64,000 bases of DNA from an uncultured Thermoplasmata archaeon (GTDB lineage Archaea > Thermoplasmatota > Thermoplasmata > UBA10834). Numbering within the stretch: position 1 is the first letter of the stretch; the number at the start of each line of letters is the position of its first letter. The stretch lies in contig CAVVJQ010000002.1 in assembly GCA_963748615.1 (NCBI GenBank), positions 259,240 through 323,239 of the forward strand. Direction: 5' to 3'. The notes under the pieces are model-generated. The model had not been told where the DNA came from and made no database searches. It saw only the letters and a list, made by a program, of their open reading frames with translations. The position numbers and the translations under genes were made by a program. This document shows positions 47,949 to 56,262 of the stretch, piece after piece.

Positions 47949-48431
47949 TCAGTGTGGGAGGCGCCCCTCGAAGGAGGCTTTGTCCAATCTGGTCACCTTG
48001 ACTCCGCCCTGCTTGAGCAATTCCAGACCAGATAGATCGGAATAATCCCCTATGAAGACCACGTGCGTGATCTGTGAATTGAGTATCATCCTGGCGCATA
48101 TGGGGCAGGGCACGATTGTGGAGTACATTGTAGAACCTTGAGCATTGGTCCCCGCCTGAATCAGTGCGTTCTGCTCGGCGTGAACCGCTGTGCAGGTCTC
48201 CATACGCGTTCCGGAGGGGATGTTCAGTTTGTCCCGGATGCATCCCATCTCCTCGCAGTGAGGCAACCCTCGTGGATTGCCGTTGTATCCCGTGCTCTTT
48301 ATCTCTCCGTGTGGGCTCACAATGATTGCGCCGATTTGCCTGCGGGTGCACGTACTCCTACGCGAAACCTCGATGGCGATGTTCATGAAGTATTCGTCCT
48401 TCGAAATGCGCCTGTTGCTCTTTTCAGACAC
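47949..48431 (-). CDS. dCMP deaminase (cytidine/deoxycytidylate deaminase family)
   Basis: HAEQNAL and PCPICARMI zinc-binding motifs. 160 aa. Confidence 0.85.
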   Translation of the reverse strand: MSEKSNRRISKDEYFMNIAIEVSRRSTCTRRQIGAIIVSPHGEIKSTGYNGNPRGLPHCEEMGCIRDKLNIPSGTRMETCTAVHAEQNALIQAGTNAQGSTMYSTIVPCPICARMILNSQITHVVFIGDYSDLSGLELLKQGGVKVTRLDKASFEGRLPH

Positions 48432-48541
48432 TGTCTCCGCCCAGGCCGTGTGAAGACGCTGAATGGATTTCTATCTTTCCGTCGATTGGTGGACCAACGT
48501 TTACTTATTCTATCAGGTTCTACATTCTCCAGGATATCAGA

Positions 48542-49156
48542 GTGATCCGGATGACCAAATGGACCAAGATCATAGCCGCAGTTCTCGCGTTCATCGCGAT
48601 AGCCCTGTTAGCCTATGCGATCCTCAATAACGAGCCGACAACCACCACCGAGGATCAGAAGGGCATGTGGGACAACATCCATACATATTCCACGCCCAAC
48701 CTAGCCCTGATCATCCTAGCATCTCTGATTATCGCTGTCGCGGTGATGTTCATACTCCTTCGTCAGGAGTATGTGCCCCTCCCGCCCTCGATGACCTTGC
48801 CGCCGCCCCCTAAGGATGAGGAGCCCTCCGTGACGGGGGACAAGGCCGCGGCTTCGGAGCCTGCGATCGAGGAGGAAGCGATCTCATTACCCGTCGTCGA
48901 AAAGGCTGCCGTTTCTGAGGACAAGGAGATGGAGGAGAGGTACCTCGCCTTGAGGCTGCTTTCGGGAGATGAGAGGACCATGTTCAAATCGATCATGGAT
49001 TCGGGAGGAGAGGCCCTGCAGAAGGACCTCATGCAACGTACGAAAATGTCCAATGCCAAGGTCTCTAGGGTCCTCGAACGTCTCGAGCAGAAGGGGGTCG
49101 TCTCCAAGGTGAGGCACGGCTCCACCAACAAGGTCAGGATCAACCTCAGAAGATAG
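48542..49156 (+). CDS. Membrane-anchored winged-helix protein (COG2512-like)
   Basis: Two N-terminal TM helices, a Pro/Glu-rich linker and a C-terminal MarR-like wHTH (GEALQKDLMQRTKMSNAKVSRVLERLEQKGVV). Confidence 0.65.
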   Translation: MIRMTKWTKIIAAVLAFIAIALLAYAILNNEPTTTTEDQKGMWDNIHTYSTPNLALIILASLIIAVAVMFILLRQEYVPLPPSMTLPPPPKDEEPSVTGDKAAASEPAIEEEAISLPVVEKAAVSEDKEMEERYLALRLLSGDERTMFKSIMDSGGEALQKDLMQRTKMSNAKVSRVLERLEQKGVVSKVRHGSTNKVRINLRR

Positions 49157-49165
49157 CCCAGATGG

Positions 49166-49217
49166 CACTTTTCACCTCACTTTTCACTGGGGTGCAAAGG
49201 TTCGAGCCACTTTTCAG
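49166..49217 (+). repeat. Three direct copies of CACTTTTCA(C/G) in the promoter region
   Basis: Copies at 49166-49175, 49178-49187 and 49208-49217, between the wHTH gene stop (49156) and the small secreted-peptide gene (49320). Confidence 0.7.
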
Positions 49218-49319
49218 CATAGGTCCAAATACCCTTTCACCGAAGTATAACCTCAAGAGGCGCGAAGGGCGAACGGGTATCCCGGGCTCCTAGCGCCGAA
49301 AAAGAGAGGTGAATAAGAT

Positions 49320-49601
49320 ATGAAGGCAACAATCATAGTCGCGATTGTCGGAGTGGTCGCGGTTCTCGGTTTCGCCGGGATCGCAGCAGCGAGCGGCGTC
49401 CTGACCTCCTCGAGCGCGGACTCGAAGGGTATGGGCACAAATGACGGCAGCGGCCATATGAACATGTGGCAGCACATGTGGCAGTGGGCGTTCGGCGGAG
49501 ACACGACGCAGACCCCTCATGAATTCAATTACGACTACAACTACACCTACGATTACGATGTAGTGAACGACTGCCCTGCTAACAACTGCACCTGCAGCTG
49601 A
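49320..49601 (+). CDS. Small secreted protein with a Met/His/Trp-rich motif, Tyr/Asp/Asn repeats and a C-terminal Cys cluster
   Basis: 93 aa. Sec-type signal MKATIIVAIVGVVAVLGFAGIAAASG. Mature part has GHMNMWQHMWQW, NYDYNYTYDYD and CPANNCTCS. GAGGTGA Shine-Dalgarno-like sequence 7 nt upstream. Confidence 0.55.
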   Translation: MKATIIVAIVGVVAVLGFAGIAAASGVLTSSSADSKGMGTNDGSGHMNMWQHMWQWAFGGDTTQTPHEFNYDYNYTYDYDVVNDCPANNCTCS

Positions 49602-49671
49602 TCGGGCGTGGCTGTCGTTCAAACCCCTTTCGACATCAATTTCTCTGTTTTAATGACATCGAGCTGAGCCA

Positions 49672-50724
49672 ATGACTCATAGGCACACCATATTCATTTT
49701 ATACCTTACTTCCACTCATGGCGTTGTGGCGAGTGAGGGGAGTGTGCCAGAGCGCAAGAAGAAACTATCTCCAGGGCTCCAGTTCCTGAGGGATGCGGGC
49801 ATAGCTTTGGCACTCGTCTTGAGCATACTCGTCGTCATGTATGCATACACTGGCCTATGGCCACCGCTCGTGGTCGTCGAATCGGACAGCATGATGCATA
49901 GCAATGATAACACCAGCTACATTGGGGCCATAGATACAGGAGATCTGGTCCTGGTCAAGGACATCGATTCCGTCACAGATATCCATACATACATGGACGG
50001 TTACACCTCCGGACACAAGACCTATGGAGATTACGGAGACGTCGTCATCTACAGAGTGAACGGTCAGTTGGCCGGCACGCCAATCATCCATAGGGCGATG
50101 ATATACCTACAGGGCAACGCAGACGGGGTCAGCTACAGCGCGCCGGCCCTGAGAGACATACCCGATGAGGACAACAAGTGGAGCACATCCAACCCATCGG
50201 ATACATGGGATCACCTCACAAGCACCCTCACGATAAGAAACGTCGGATACAGAGACACGTCCACATCGATCGATATAGGAAGGATCATAACTGCATTCCG
50301 ACAGTATTCCGCGCTTCCGAGCGGATACATCACGAAAGGAGATCACAATCTCAATGTCGACCAATCGCTGCCGAGCAGATACAGCCCGGTCAAGCTGGAT
50401 TGGGTAGTCGGCATTGCAAGGGGCGAGATGCCATGGTTCGGACTGTTGAAGCTGTGGGCCACTGACTCGCTCGGTAGCCCTGCCCCGGAGAACAGCGTCA
50501 GGAATCTCTGGATAAGCATGGCATTCATCGTCGCCGCACCCATCGTGGTCGATGTGGCGTTCACGTTCAGAATAAGGAAGAGGATCGCCCGGAGAAGAGA
50601 AGCGGCCCAACGCGAATTCGATGCGCAACGACGGATCGAAGCCACGAAACCCGTGGAGGCTCCACCCCCACCACCTGAACCGCCTGCGGTGGAACCGACT
50701 CCACCTCCAGAAGAGAAAGTGTGA
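49672..50724 (+). CDS. Signal peptidase I, archaeal/Sec11 (S26B) type, with large insertion and C-terminal extension
   Basis: VVESDSMMH (catalytic Ser box), GDVVIY...IIHRA (His box) and GDHN. At 350 aa it is clearly longer than typical archaeal enzymes. C-terminal TM plus Pro-rich tail. Confidence 0.75.
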   Translation: MTHRHTIFILYLTSTHGVVASEGSVPERKKKLSPGLQFLRDAGIALALVLSILVVMYAYTGLWPPLVVVESDSMMHSNDNTSYIGAIDTGDLVLVKDIDSVTDIHTYMDGYTSGHKTYGDYGDVVIYRVNGQLAGTPIIHRAMIYLQGNADGVSYSAPALRDIPDEDNKWSTSNPSDTWDHLTSTLTIRNVGYRDTSTSIDIGRIITAFRQYSALPSGYITKGDHNLNVDQSLPSRYSPVKLDWVVGIARGEMPWFGLLKLWATDSLGSPAPENSVRNLWISMAFIVAAPIVVDVAFTFRIRKRIARRREAAQREFDAQRRIEATKPVEAPPPPPEPPAVEPTPPPEEKV

Positions 50725-50733
50725 GTCAGTGGT

Positions 50734-51969
50734 TCACATGAGGGTCGTCTGATACCTCAGCTTATAGTTCTTCAGCTGACCCAGGATCTCATCCTCTTCG
50801 AGAGACTTCTTGGCTTCGTGCTGCGGAACGCTGAGCTCGATCTCCTTTGTCCGACCGCCGCGACCGAAGGATTTCACGCGCGCGTGCACGAGTCCGAGCA
50901 TGTCGAGCTCGGACACCAGGTCCGTCACCCTGCGCTGGGTCAATACCGCGGTCGATGTGCACAGAGAGAGTTCCTTGTAGGTCTCATAAAGGTCACCCGT
51001 GGTCAGTTTTCCGTACCCGCGCTCACCACTTAGCACCACACCCATCAATATCATCTTGGATTGCAGAGGCAGCGTTCGTATGGCTTCGCTGACGCAGTCC
51101 ATTTCGATCTTGTTCTTTGCTTTGGTCACATCGGAATCGTTCACGATGGGCAGATGATTCCTCTCTGCGATCTCCGCCGCGACCCTCAGCAGGTCCAGTG
51201 CCCGTCTGGCATCCCCGTGCTCCTGCGCGGCCAATGCAGCGCAAAGAGGTATGACCGATGGCTCCAGAACGTTCTCCTCGAACACCAATGCGGATCTCTG
51301 CCCGAGTATGTCCCGCAACTGCTCGGCGTTGTATGGAGGGAAGACCATCTTCTCCTCGCTCAAAGAACTCTTGACTCGCGGATCCAGGAATTCTGTGAAC
51401 TTTAGGTCGTTGGATATGCCGATGACGCTCACTTTTGCGTTCTTGAGGTCGTCGTTGATCCTGCAGAGATGGTACAGCACATCGTCTCCGCTCTTCGAGA
51501 CGAGCTTGTCGATCTCGTCCAATGCGATGACGATGACCCTCCGGTCTTCGTCTATCTTCTCCCTCAGTATGTTGTAGACGCGTTCCGTGCTCCAACCAGT
51601 GAACGGTATCCTCTGTTCGAAGTCCTCGATGAACTCGTTGCCGATGTTCTGCAGGACGCCGTATTGCGTATCCACAACTTCGCAATTCATGTAGAGGAAG
51701 TGCACATTGCGGAGATCGGACCTGGCCTTTTCGATTTCCTTGCCGATGTACTTGATGGTGGCAGTCTTCCCGGTCCCCGTCTTGCCGAAAAGCAATACGT
51801 TCGAGGGCCTCTGTCCCTCCAGGGCGGTGACGAGTATGGATGCGAGCTGATTAATCTGCTCCTCCCTATGCGGTAGCTCGTCGGGTATGTATGATGACCG
51901 CAACACGTCCCTGTCGCCTTTGAATATTGACTTGGACCTTATGTACTGTTGGAATATGGTGTCCTGCAT
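50734..51969 (-). CDS. cdc6: Orc1/Cdc6 replication initiator
   Basis: Walker A GKTGTGKTA, Walker B VIALDEID and a C-terminal winged helix. Start at Met 36 (MQDTIFQQY). The upstream GTG extension overlaps ORB-like elements. Confidence 0.9.
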   Translation of the reverse strand: MQDTIFQQYIRSKSIFKGDRDVLRSSYIPDELPHREEQINQLASILVTALEGQRPSNVLLFGKTGTGKTATIKYIGKEIEKARSDLRNVHFLYMNCEVVDTQYGVLQNIGNEFIEDFEQRIPFTGWSTERVYNILREKIDEDRRVIVIALDEIDKLVSKSGDDVLYHLCRINDDLKNAKVSVIGISNDLKFTEFLDPRVKSSLSEEKMVFPPYNAEQLRDILGQRSALVFEENVLEPSVIPLCAALAAQEHGDARRALDLLRVAAEIAERNHLPIVNDSDVTKAKNKIEMDCVSEAIRTLPLQSKMILMGVVLSGERGYGKLTTGDLYETYKELSLCTSTAVLTQRRVTDLVSELDMLGLVHARVKSFGRGGRTKEIELSVPQHEAKKSLEEDEILGQLKNYKLRYQTTLM

Positions 51970-51990
51970 CGATAGCCCCCGAAAGCCAAA

Positions 51991-52300
51991 ACGTCTTTCC
52001 CCGCCCCGCTGCTTCCTGTGGAAGCCGTTCTCGGAATCCACTTGAAACGGTGGGATTTGGGGAATACGGGGCACCGTACTTAAGTGTTAATATTATCCAC
52101 GAATCCCATTTTTCCTGCAGACCCAAAATTTCCAGGTTTTGCTCTAGCCAGGAAACCTAGTGAAATGTGCTTTCGGATGATGTCATGGGAATGTATAGAC
52201 GCATACATCAAGGTAGGGCCCCCCCTTTATTTCCGATGGAAGTGTTTTCTGCTACCCCCATTGCATGAGGCAGGGAATATTCCATCGGAAGGTTCGGTCA
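51991..52300. other. Putative replication origin (oriC) with ORB-like repeats and an AT-rich segment
   Basis: TTCCACAGGAAGC-AGC-GGGGCGGGG (minus strand, 51997-52024). TCCACTTGAAAC-GGT-GGGATTTGGGG (plus, 52037-52062). TTCCATCGGAAAT-AAA-GGGGGGG (minus, 52216-52242). TTCCATCGGAAG (plus, 52280-52291). AT-rich stretch at 52081-52135. Confidence 0.6.
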
Positions 52301-52349
52301 AGATACCTTTGCTTCCGGTCGAATTCCGACATAGAATGCATTATGATTA

Positions 52350-53639
52350 ATGATTATGTTACATGAACCACATCAAATGCGCGCAGTCATACTATCACGA
52401 ACAACGGATCTATCGGAATTGTATTCGTTGCTTCATACTCTGAAATATGAAATCGTGAAGGAATTCGTTCAGAAACGAGACTTCCCCCATAGTGCGAGCT
52501 ATTTTGGTCCTGGGAAGATAGAGGAGATTGCAGAAGAAATCAAGGGATGCGACCCGGATATCATTGTAATCAATGATCGTCTGAAACCATCACAACATCA
52601 CTCCCTCGAGATGAGATTCCAGAAGGAGTGCGTCGATAGAGTCGGAGTAATCCTGAGAATATTCTCAGAACATGCTCAGACACCAGAGGCGATCACACAG
52701 GTGCAATTAGCAAGGTTGAGATATGAACAACCTTTCTTGCGTGAATGGATAAATAAGGCCAAGAGTGGTGAACGACCTGGATTCCTTTCTGGTGGCGCAT
52801 ATGCGACTGATGTGTACTATGAACATGCAAGAAATCATATCAAACGTTTAGAGAAGAAGTTAATAGAAATATCACAGAGCAGAGAAGTGAAGAGATCGAG
52901 ACGTCATGAACAAGGATATCTGCTTGTCTCATTAGCAGGTTATACGAACGCTGGGAAATCAGCGTTGATGAATGCATTATGTAGCTCAGACGTTGAAGTC
53001 AGTTCAGAATTATTCTCTTCTCTATCAACAACGACACGAAGGATTCCTGGATTGAAAGGGCATGCACTGATGATAGATACCGTCGGATTCATCAGAGATC
53101 TACCTCCAGATCTCATCAACGCTTTCAAATCGACTCTTGAAGAGATATTCTATTCGGATATCGTTTTGTTCGTATTCGATTCAAGTGATGATCCAGAGAT
53201 TCTTGAGATGAAGACGAGGACTGCCTTTGATATACTCGTTCCAAAGGTAGGTGACACTCTTGTTGTTGCTGTTGGTTCCAAGTCGGACAAGATATCCTCA
53301 GAGAAGATAGAAGAATCACGCAAGATGGTCCAAGGAATCATAGGTTCAAGACAACTGATATTCGTATCGTCTCTTACTGGGGATGGATTGGACCTCATAA
53401 GAGATCTCATACGTGAGACACAAGGAAGGAATCATGTCATCGAAGCATCACTCCCGATTGTGGATGAGAGTTACAGTCTGATTTCTAGACTCTATCTTCT
53501 ATCAGATGTCCTCAGTGATGTCAAGAAGGATCATATTCGATTGACTGTGAGATGCAACATCGATGATTCCGAGAAGATAATTGGTTGGCTGAGGGCATCG
53601 AATGGGACGATCCTCGTCCAGCCCCCTCCCCTTTCTTGA
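52350..53639 (+). CDS. hflX: GTPase HflX
   Basis: 429 aa with an HflX N-domain. G1 GYTNAGKS, G3 DTVGF. Sampled GC is about 41%, well below its neighbours. Confidence 0.85.
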   Translation: MIMLHEPHQMRAVILSRTTDLSELYSLLHTLKYEIVKEFVQKRDFPHSASYFGPGKIEEIAEEIKGCDPDIIVINDRLKPSQHHSLEMRFQKECVDRVGVILRIFSEHAQTPEAITQVQLARLRYEQPFLREWINKAKSGERPGFLSGGAYATDVYYEHARNHIKRLEKKLIEISQSREVKRSRRHEQGYLLVSLAGYTNAGKSALMNALCSSDVEVSSELFSSLSTTTRRIPGLKGHALMIDTVGFIRDLPPDLINAFKSTLEEIFYSDIVLFVFDSSDDPEILEMKTRTAFDILVPKVGDTLVVAVGSKSDKISSEKIEESRKMVQGIIGSRQLIFVSSLTGDGLDLIRDLIRETQGRNHVIEASLPIVDESYSLISRLYLLSDVLSDVKKDHIRLTVRCNIDDSEKIIGWLRASNGTILVQPPPLS

Positions 53640-53693
53640 GGGGGTGTGCAGCAATAACCTTCCAGTGGAAGCGCTGGGGGGCCTGTATAGAGC

Positions 53694-54077
53694 TCAGAGC
53701 CCGAATCCTTTCTTGCGATCCAATACACGGTCCTCGAATCGCTGCGGCAGGGACCATGCGAGATACTCGATGTCATCCAAGTTCCTCACGAATTTCGCCT
53801 TGCTCGGAGTCTTCATCAAGTCCTCAAGCTTCCTGGATTTCTTGAAATAATCATAGAGCCACCATATCCCGGACACCAGGCCAATCGGGCCCACAATGAT
53901 CAACCAATACACCCACGCTCCAAAAGGCGTCGAAAAATCGCTCAGAAACGAAATGGATGATGATAGCGAGTCCTCAAAGAATACACCGACGACCCCCACC
54001 AGTGTCACCAAAGCGAACGCAATGACAATGAGCACGCTCAGTTCCAATCGATATTCTATCGTTATCCGTTTGGCCAA
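53694..54077 (-). CDS. Hypothetical membrane protein (2 TM)
   Basis: The ORF extends to 54257 with no in-frame ATG before the TM region. TTG candidates at 54077 and 54131. Conserved-looking C-terminus DIEYLAWSLPQRFEDRV. Confidence 0.45.
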   Translation of the reverse strand: MAKRITIEYRLELSVLIVIAFALVTLVGVVGVFFEDSLSSSISFLSDFSTPFGAWVYWLIIVGPIGLVSGIWWLYDYFKKSRKLEDLMKTPSKAKFVRNLDDIEYLAWSLPQRFEDRVLDRKKGFGL

Positions 54078-54262
54078 TCGCTCACCTTGGGGGATGGTAA
54101 TCTGAATAATGTTAAAAGGATTTGCTCGCAAACCGCTACATGCAATCCCCTTCTCTATAGCATTCCCTCTCAAATCGGAAGCGTATGGATCTGCCAGGTC
54201 TGAGATGCAATGCAGCGATAGCCGCTCTAGCCTTATCCTCCGTGCTTTTGCTCTCATATGGA

Positions 54263-54829
54263 ATGGAACCTGCCTTGCTTTCTATCGATGAGTTGTCATC
54301 CGACTTCGACGGAGCTAGGGTCATGACATATGGCATACTCACGGGCCTGAAGCGATACGAATCTGGCACCGAGATCCTCATGCTGATAGACGAATCCGGG
54401 CAATCCTCGCTGAAGGTCGTTTGCACCCCCTCCGCAGCGCCTCCTCCCAGCAATCATACATCCATCGGTGGCAAGATCCTGGCAAGAGGCGAGATATCGT
54501 TCGGTGAAGGCGGGCCCACCCTCTTCACGGTCTATGACGACGTCGAACAGCTCTCCTCCTCGGAGAATGCATTGACACTCTCCACACTCAGCGCATCCTG
54601 GCAGCTGTTCGAAGGCGATCGATTCAATCTGAAGGGCCTTGTCGAGCATGATTCAGACGGGGCCTATCGTCTGTTCGACGAGCGCCACGAAACGAATATA
54701 GTTCTCTGGCCATGCGAATCTCTGGGGACGTTGCAGGACGGTCTCAGCATATTGGATTGCACCCTGGTCTTTGATAGTGAGATATTCGTCACAGGTCTCC
54801 AAGTTTGGGCTATTCGCCCCGTGACCTGA
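54263..54829 (+). CDS. Hypothetical protein, possibly OB-fold
   Basis: Start taken at Met 27 of the ORF. ARVMTYGILTGLKRYESGTEILMLIDESGQSSLKVVC resembles OB-fold anticodon-binding-type domains. The stop overlaps the tiaS start (TGATG). Confidence 0.45.
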   Translation: MEPALLSIDELSSDFDGARVMTYGILTGLKRYESGTEILMLIDESGQSSLKVVCTPSAAPPPSNHTSIGGKILARGEISFGEGGPTLFTVYDDVEQLSSSENALTLSTLSASWQLFEGDRFNLKGLVEHDSDGAYRLFDERHETNIVLWPCESLGTLQDGLSILDCTLVFDSEIFVTGLQVWAIRPVT

Positions 54830-56193
54830 TGGCAACCCTTTTGTCGGTTGCGGACGTTTGGCGGATTGTGCCCGGGACTACGCTCGCCTTCGACGATACC
54901 GATTCGCCCGAGGGTATGTGCACGACATACCTCGCAACCCTGATGCTCGACGAGTTGAGGGACTATGACCTCATCGGCCTGCCAAGGTTGGTCAGGCTCA
55001 ACCCGAACGTCCCCTGGAAGACGAGGGGCAATGCTGCAGTGAGCATCCAGCTCGGGACCGGAACTGGGCGAGGGGCAGTCTGTGGCCATATCGGGGGCCG
55101 CAAGATCATGTATTTCAAGAGCGGAACTCCGGTCGACCCAGGAAGACTTCTTGCCCGGGCAGCAGAAGTCTTGGAATCAAACGCCCGGTTCGAATATCAC
55201 AGCACGAACCCCGGGATACTATGCACATTGACCCGTCCACCACCTTCGCTGTATTGGATGACTGTGAGGGCGATCGTCAGGCTGGAGGACGTGGAGGCGA
55301 CCCTTCGAGAATGTGGAGCCCAGTGGAAGGTGTACAAGGGCGGAAGAGGGTTGATCGGGGCCGCTGCCGCTGCCGCCTGGAGACCGCGCGACCGCACATG
55401 GGAGGTCATCACCTATCGGCATCCTTCCATGCTCGGAAAAGAGCGGGTGATTGACGCTGCCAGCGTCATCATGATGGATAAGAGCATCACTAGCACATTC
55501 AACAACTACGATCATGAGAACGGCCATGTGGCGATAGTCCCAGGGTCTCCCTGTCCCGTCCTATACGGTATCAGGGGCGATTCCCAGAGTGACCTTATGC
55601 TTGCTAGCGATATGATCCGGGGTGAGAGGCCCGAACGATGGCTCATGTATCTCTCGAATCAGGGTACAGAGGACCATATCGTCAGGAAGAGGATCCACCA
55701 GCTTCGTCCCGGCGATTCGGCCAAGGTCGAGGCCCGCGTGATTACTAGGCCGGTGACAATCCCTGGCGGTCATGTCGTCATCAGGATATCCGACGGTTCA
55801 GAAATCGATGCGGCGTTCTACGAACCCTCGAAGAGTTTCCGAGAAGTTGCTAGATCTCTGATCCCTGGAGACGAGGTGGTCGCCTTCGGGTCTGTAAGGT
55901 CATCACCGAGGACACTGAACATCGAGAAGCTGCAGGTAACACACCTATCCCGGGATGTCAGGAAGATGAGGAACCCGGCCTGTGTGAACTGCGGGAAATC
56001 CATGGGGTCGATGGGTCATGGCCAGGGCTTCAGGTGCAAGAAGTGCGGATCCCGCGCACCCGAAACCTCATCGGTGAGAACCGAGGCGCCTAGGAGGTTG
56101 GCTGTTGGGTGGTACGAGCCCCCGATATCATCCAGACGACATCTTCACAAGCCGATTCGGCGAATGTCGAAGGGTACCATCAACAAAATATAA
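54829..56193 (+). CDS. tiaS: tRNA(Ile2) 2-agmatinylcytidine synthetase
   Basis: FDDTDSPEGMCTTYLA signature and C-terminal zinc ribbon CVNCGKSMGSMGHGQGFRCKKCG. Confidence 0.85.
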   Translation: MATLLSVADVWRIVPGTTLAFDDTDSPEGMCTTYLATLMLDELRDYDLIGLPRLVRLNPNVPWKTRGNAAVSIQLGTGTGRGAVCGHIGGRKIMYFKSGTPVDPGRLLARAAEVLESNARFEYHSTNPGILCTLTRPPPSLYWMTVRAIVRLEDVEATLRECGAQWKVYKGGRGLIGAAAAAAWRPRDRTWEVITYRHPSMLGKERVIDAASVIMMDKSITSTFNNYDHENGHVAIVPGSPCPVLYGIRGDSQSDLMLASDMIRGERPERWLMYLSNQGTEDHIVRKRIHQLRPGDSAKVEARVITRPVTIPGGHVVIRISDGSEIDAAFYEPSKSFREVARSLIPGDEVVAFGSVRSSPRTLNIEKLQVTHLSRDVRKMRNPACVNCGKSMGSMGHGQGFRCKKCGSRAPETSSVRTEAPRRLAVGWYEPPISSRRHLHKPIRRMSKGTINKI

Positions 56194-56262
56194 ATACGGA
56201 TATTCGAATCAATTGACCACATCCAGCACCGACATTCGGTTGAGCTGGGGGTGTGATCAACA

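Noticed and set aside
51970-52074. N-terminal extension of the cdc6 ORF from GTG 52074.
   Set aside because: The extension (PRIPQIPPFQVDSENGFHRKQRGGERRFGFRGLS) is non-conserved-looking and is built from the ORB-like repeats. The conserved Orc1/Cdc6 sequence starts at Met 36.
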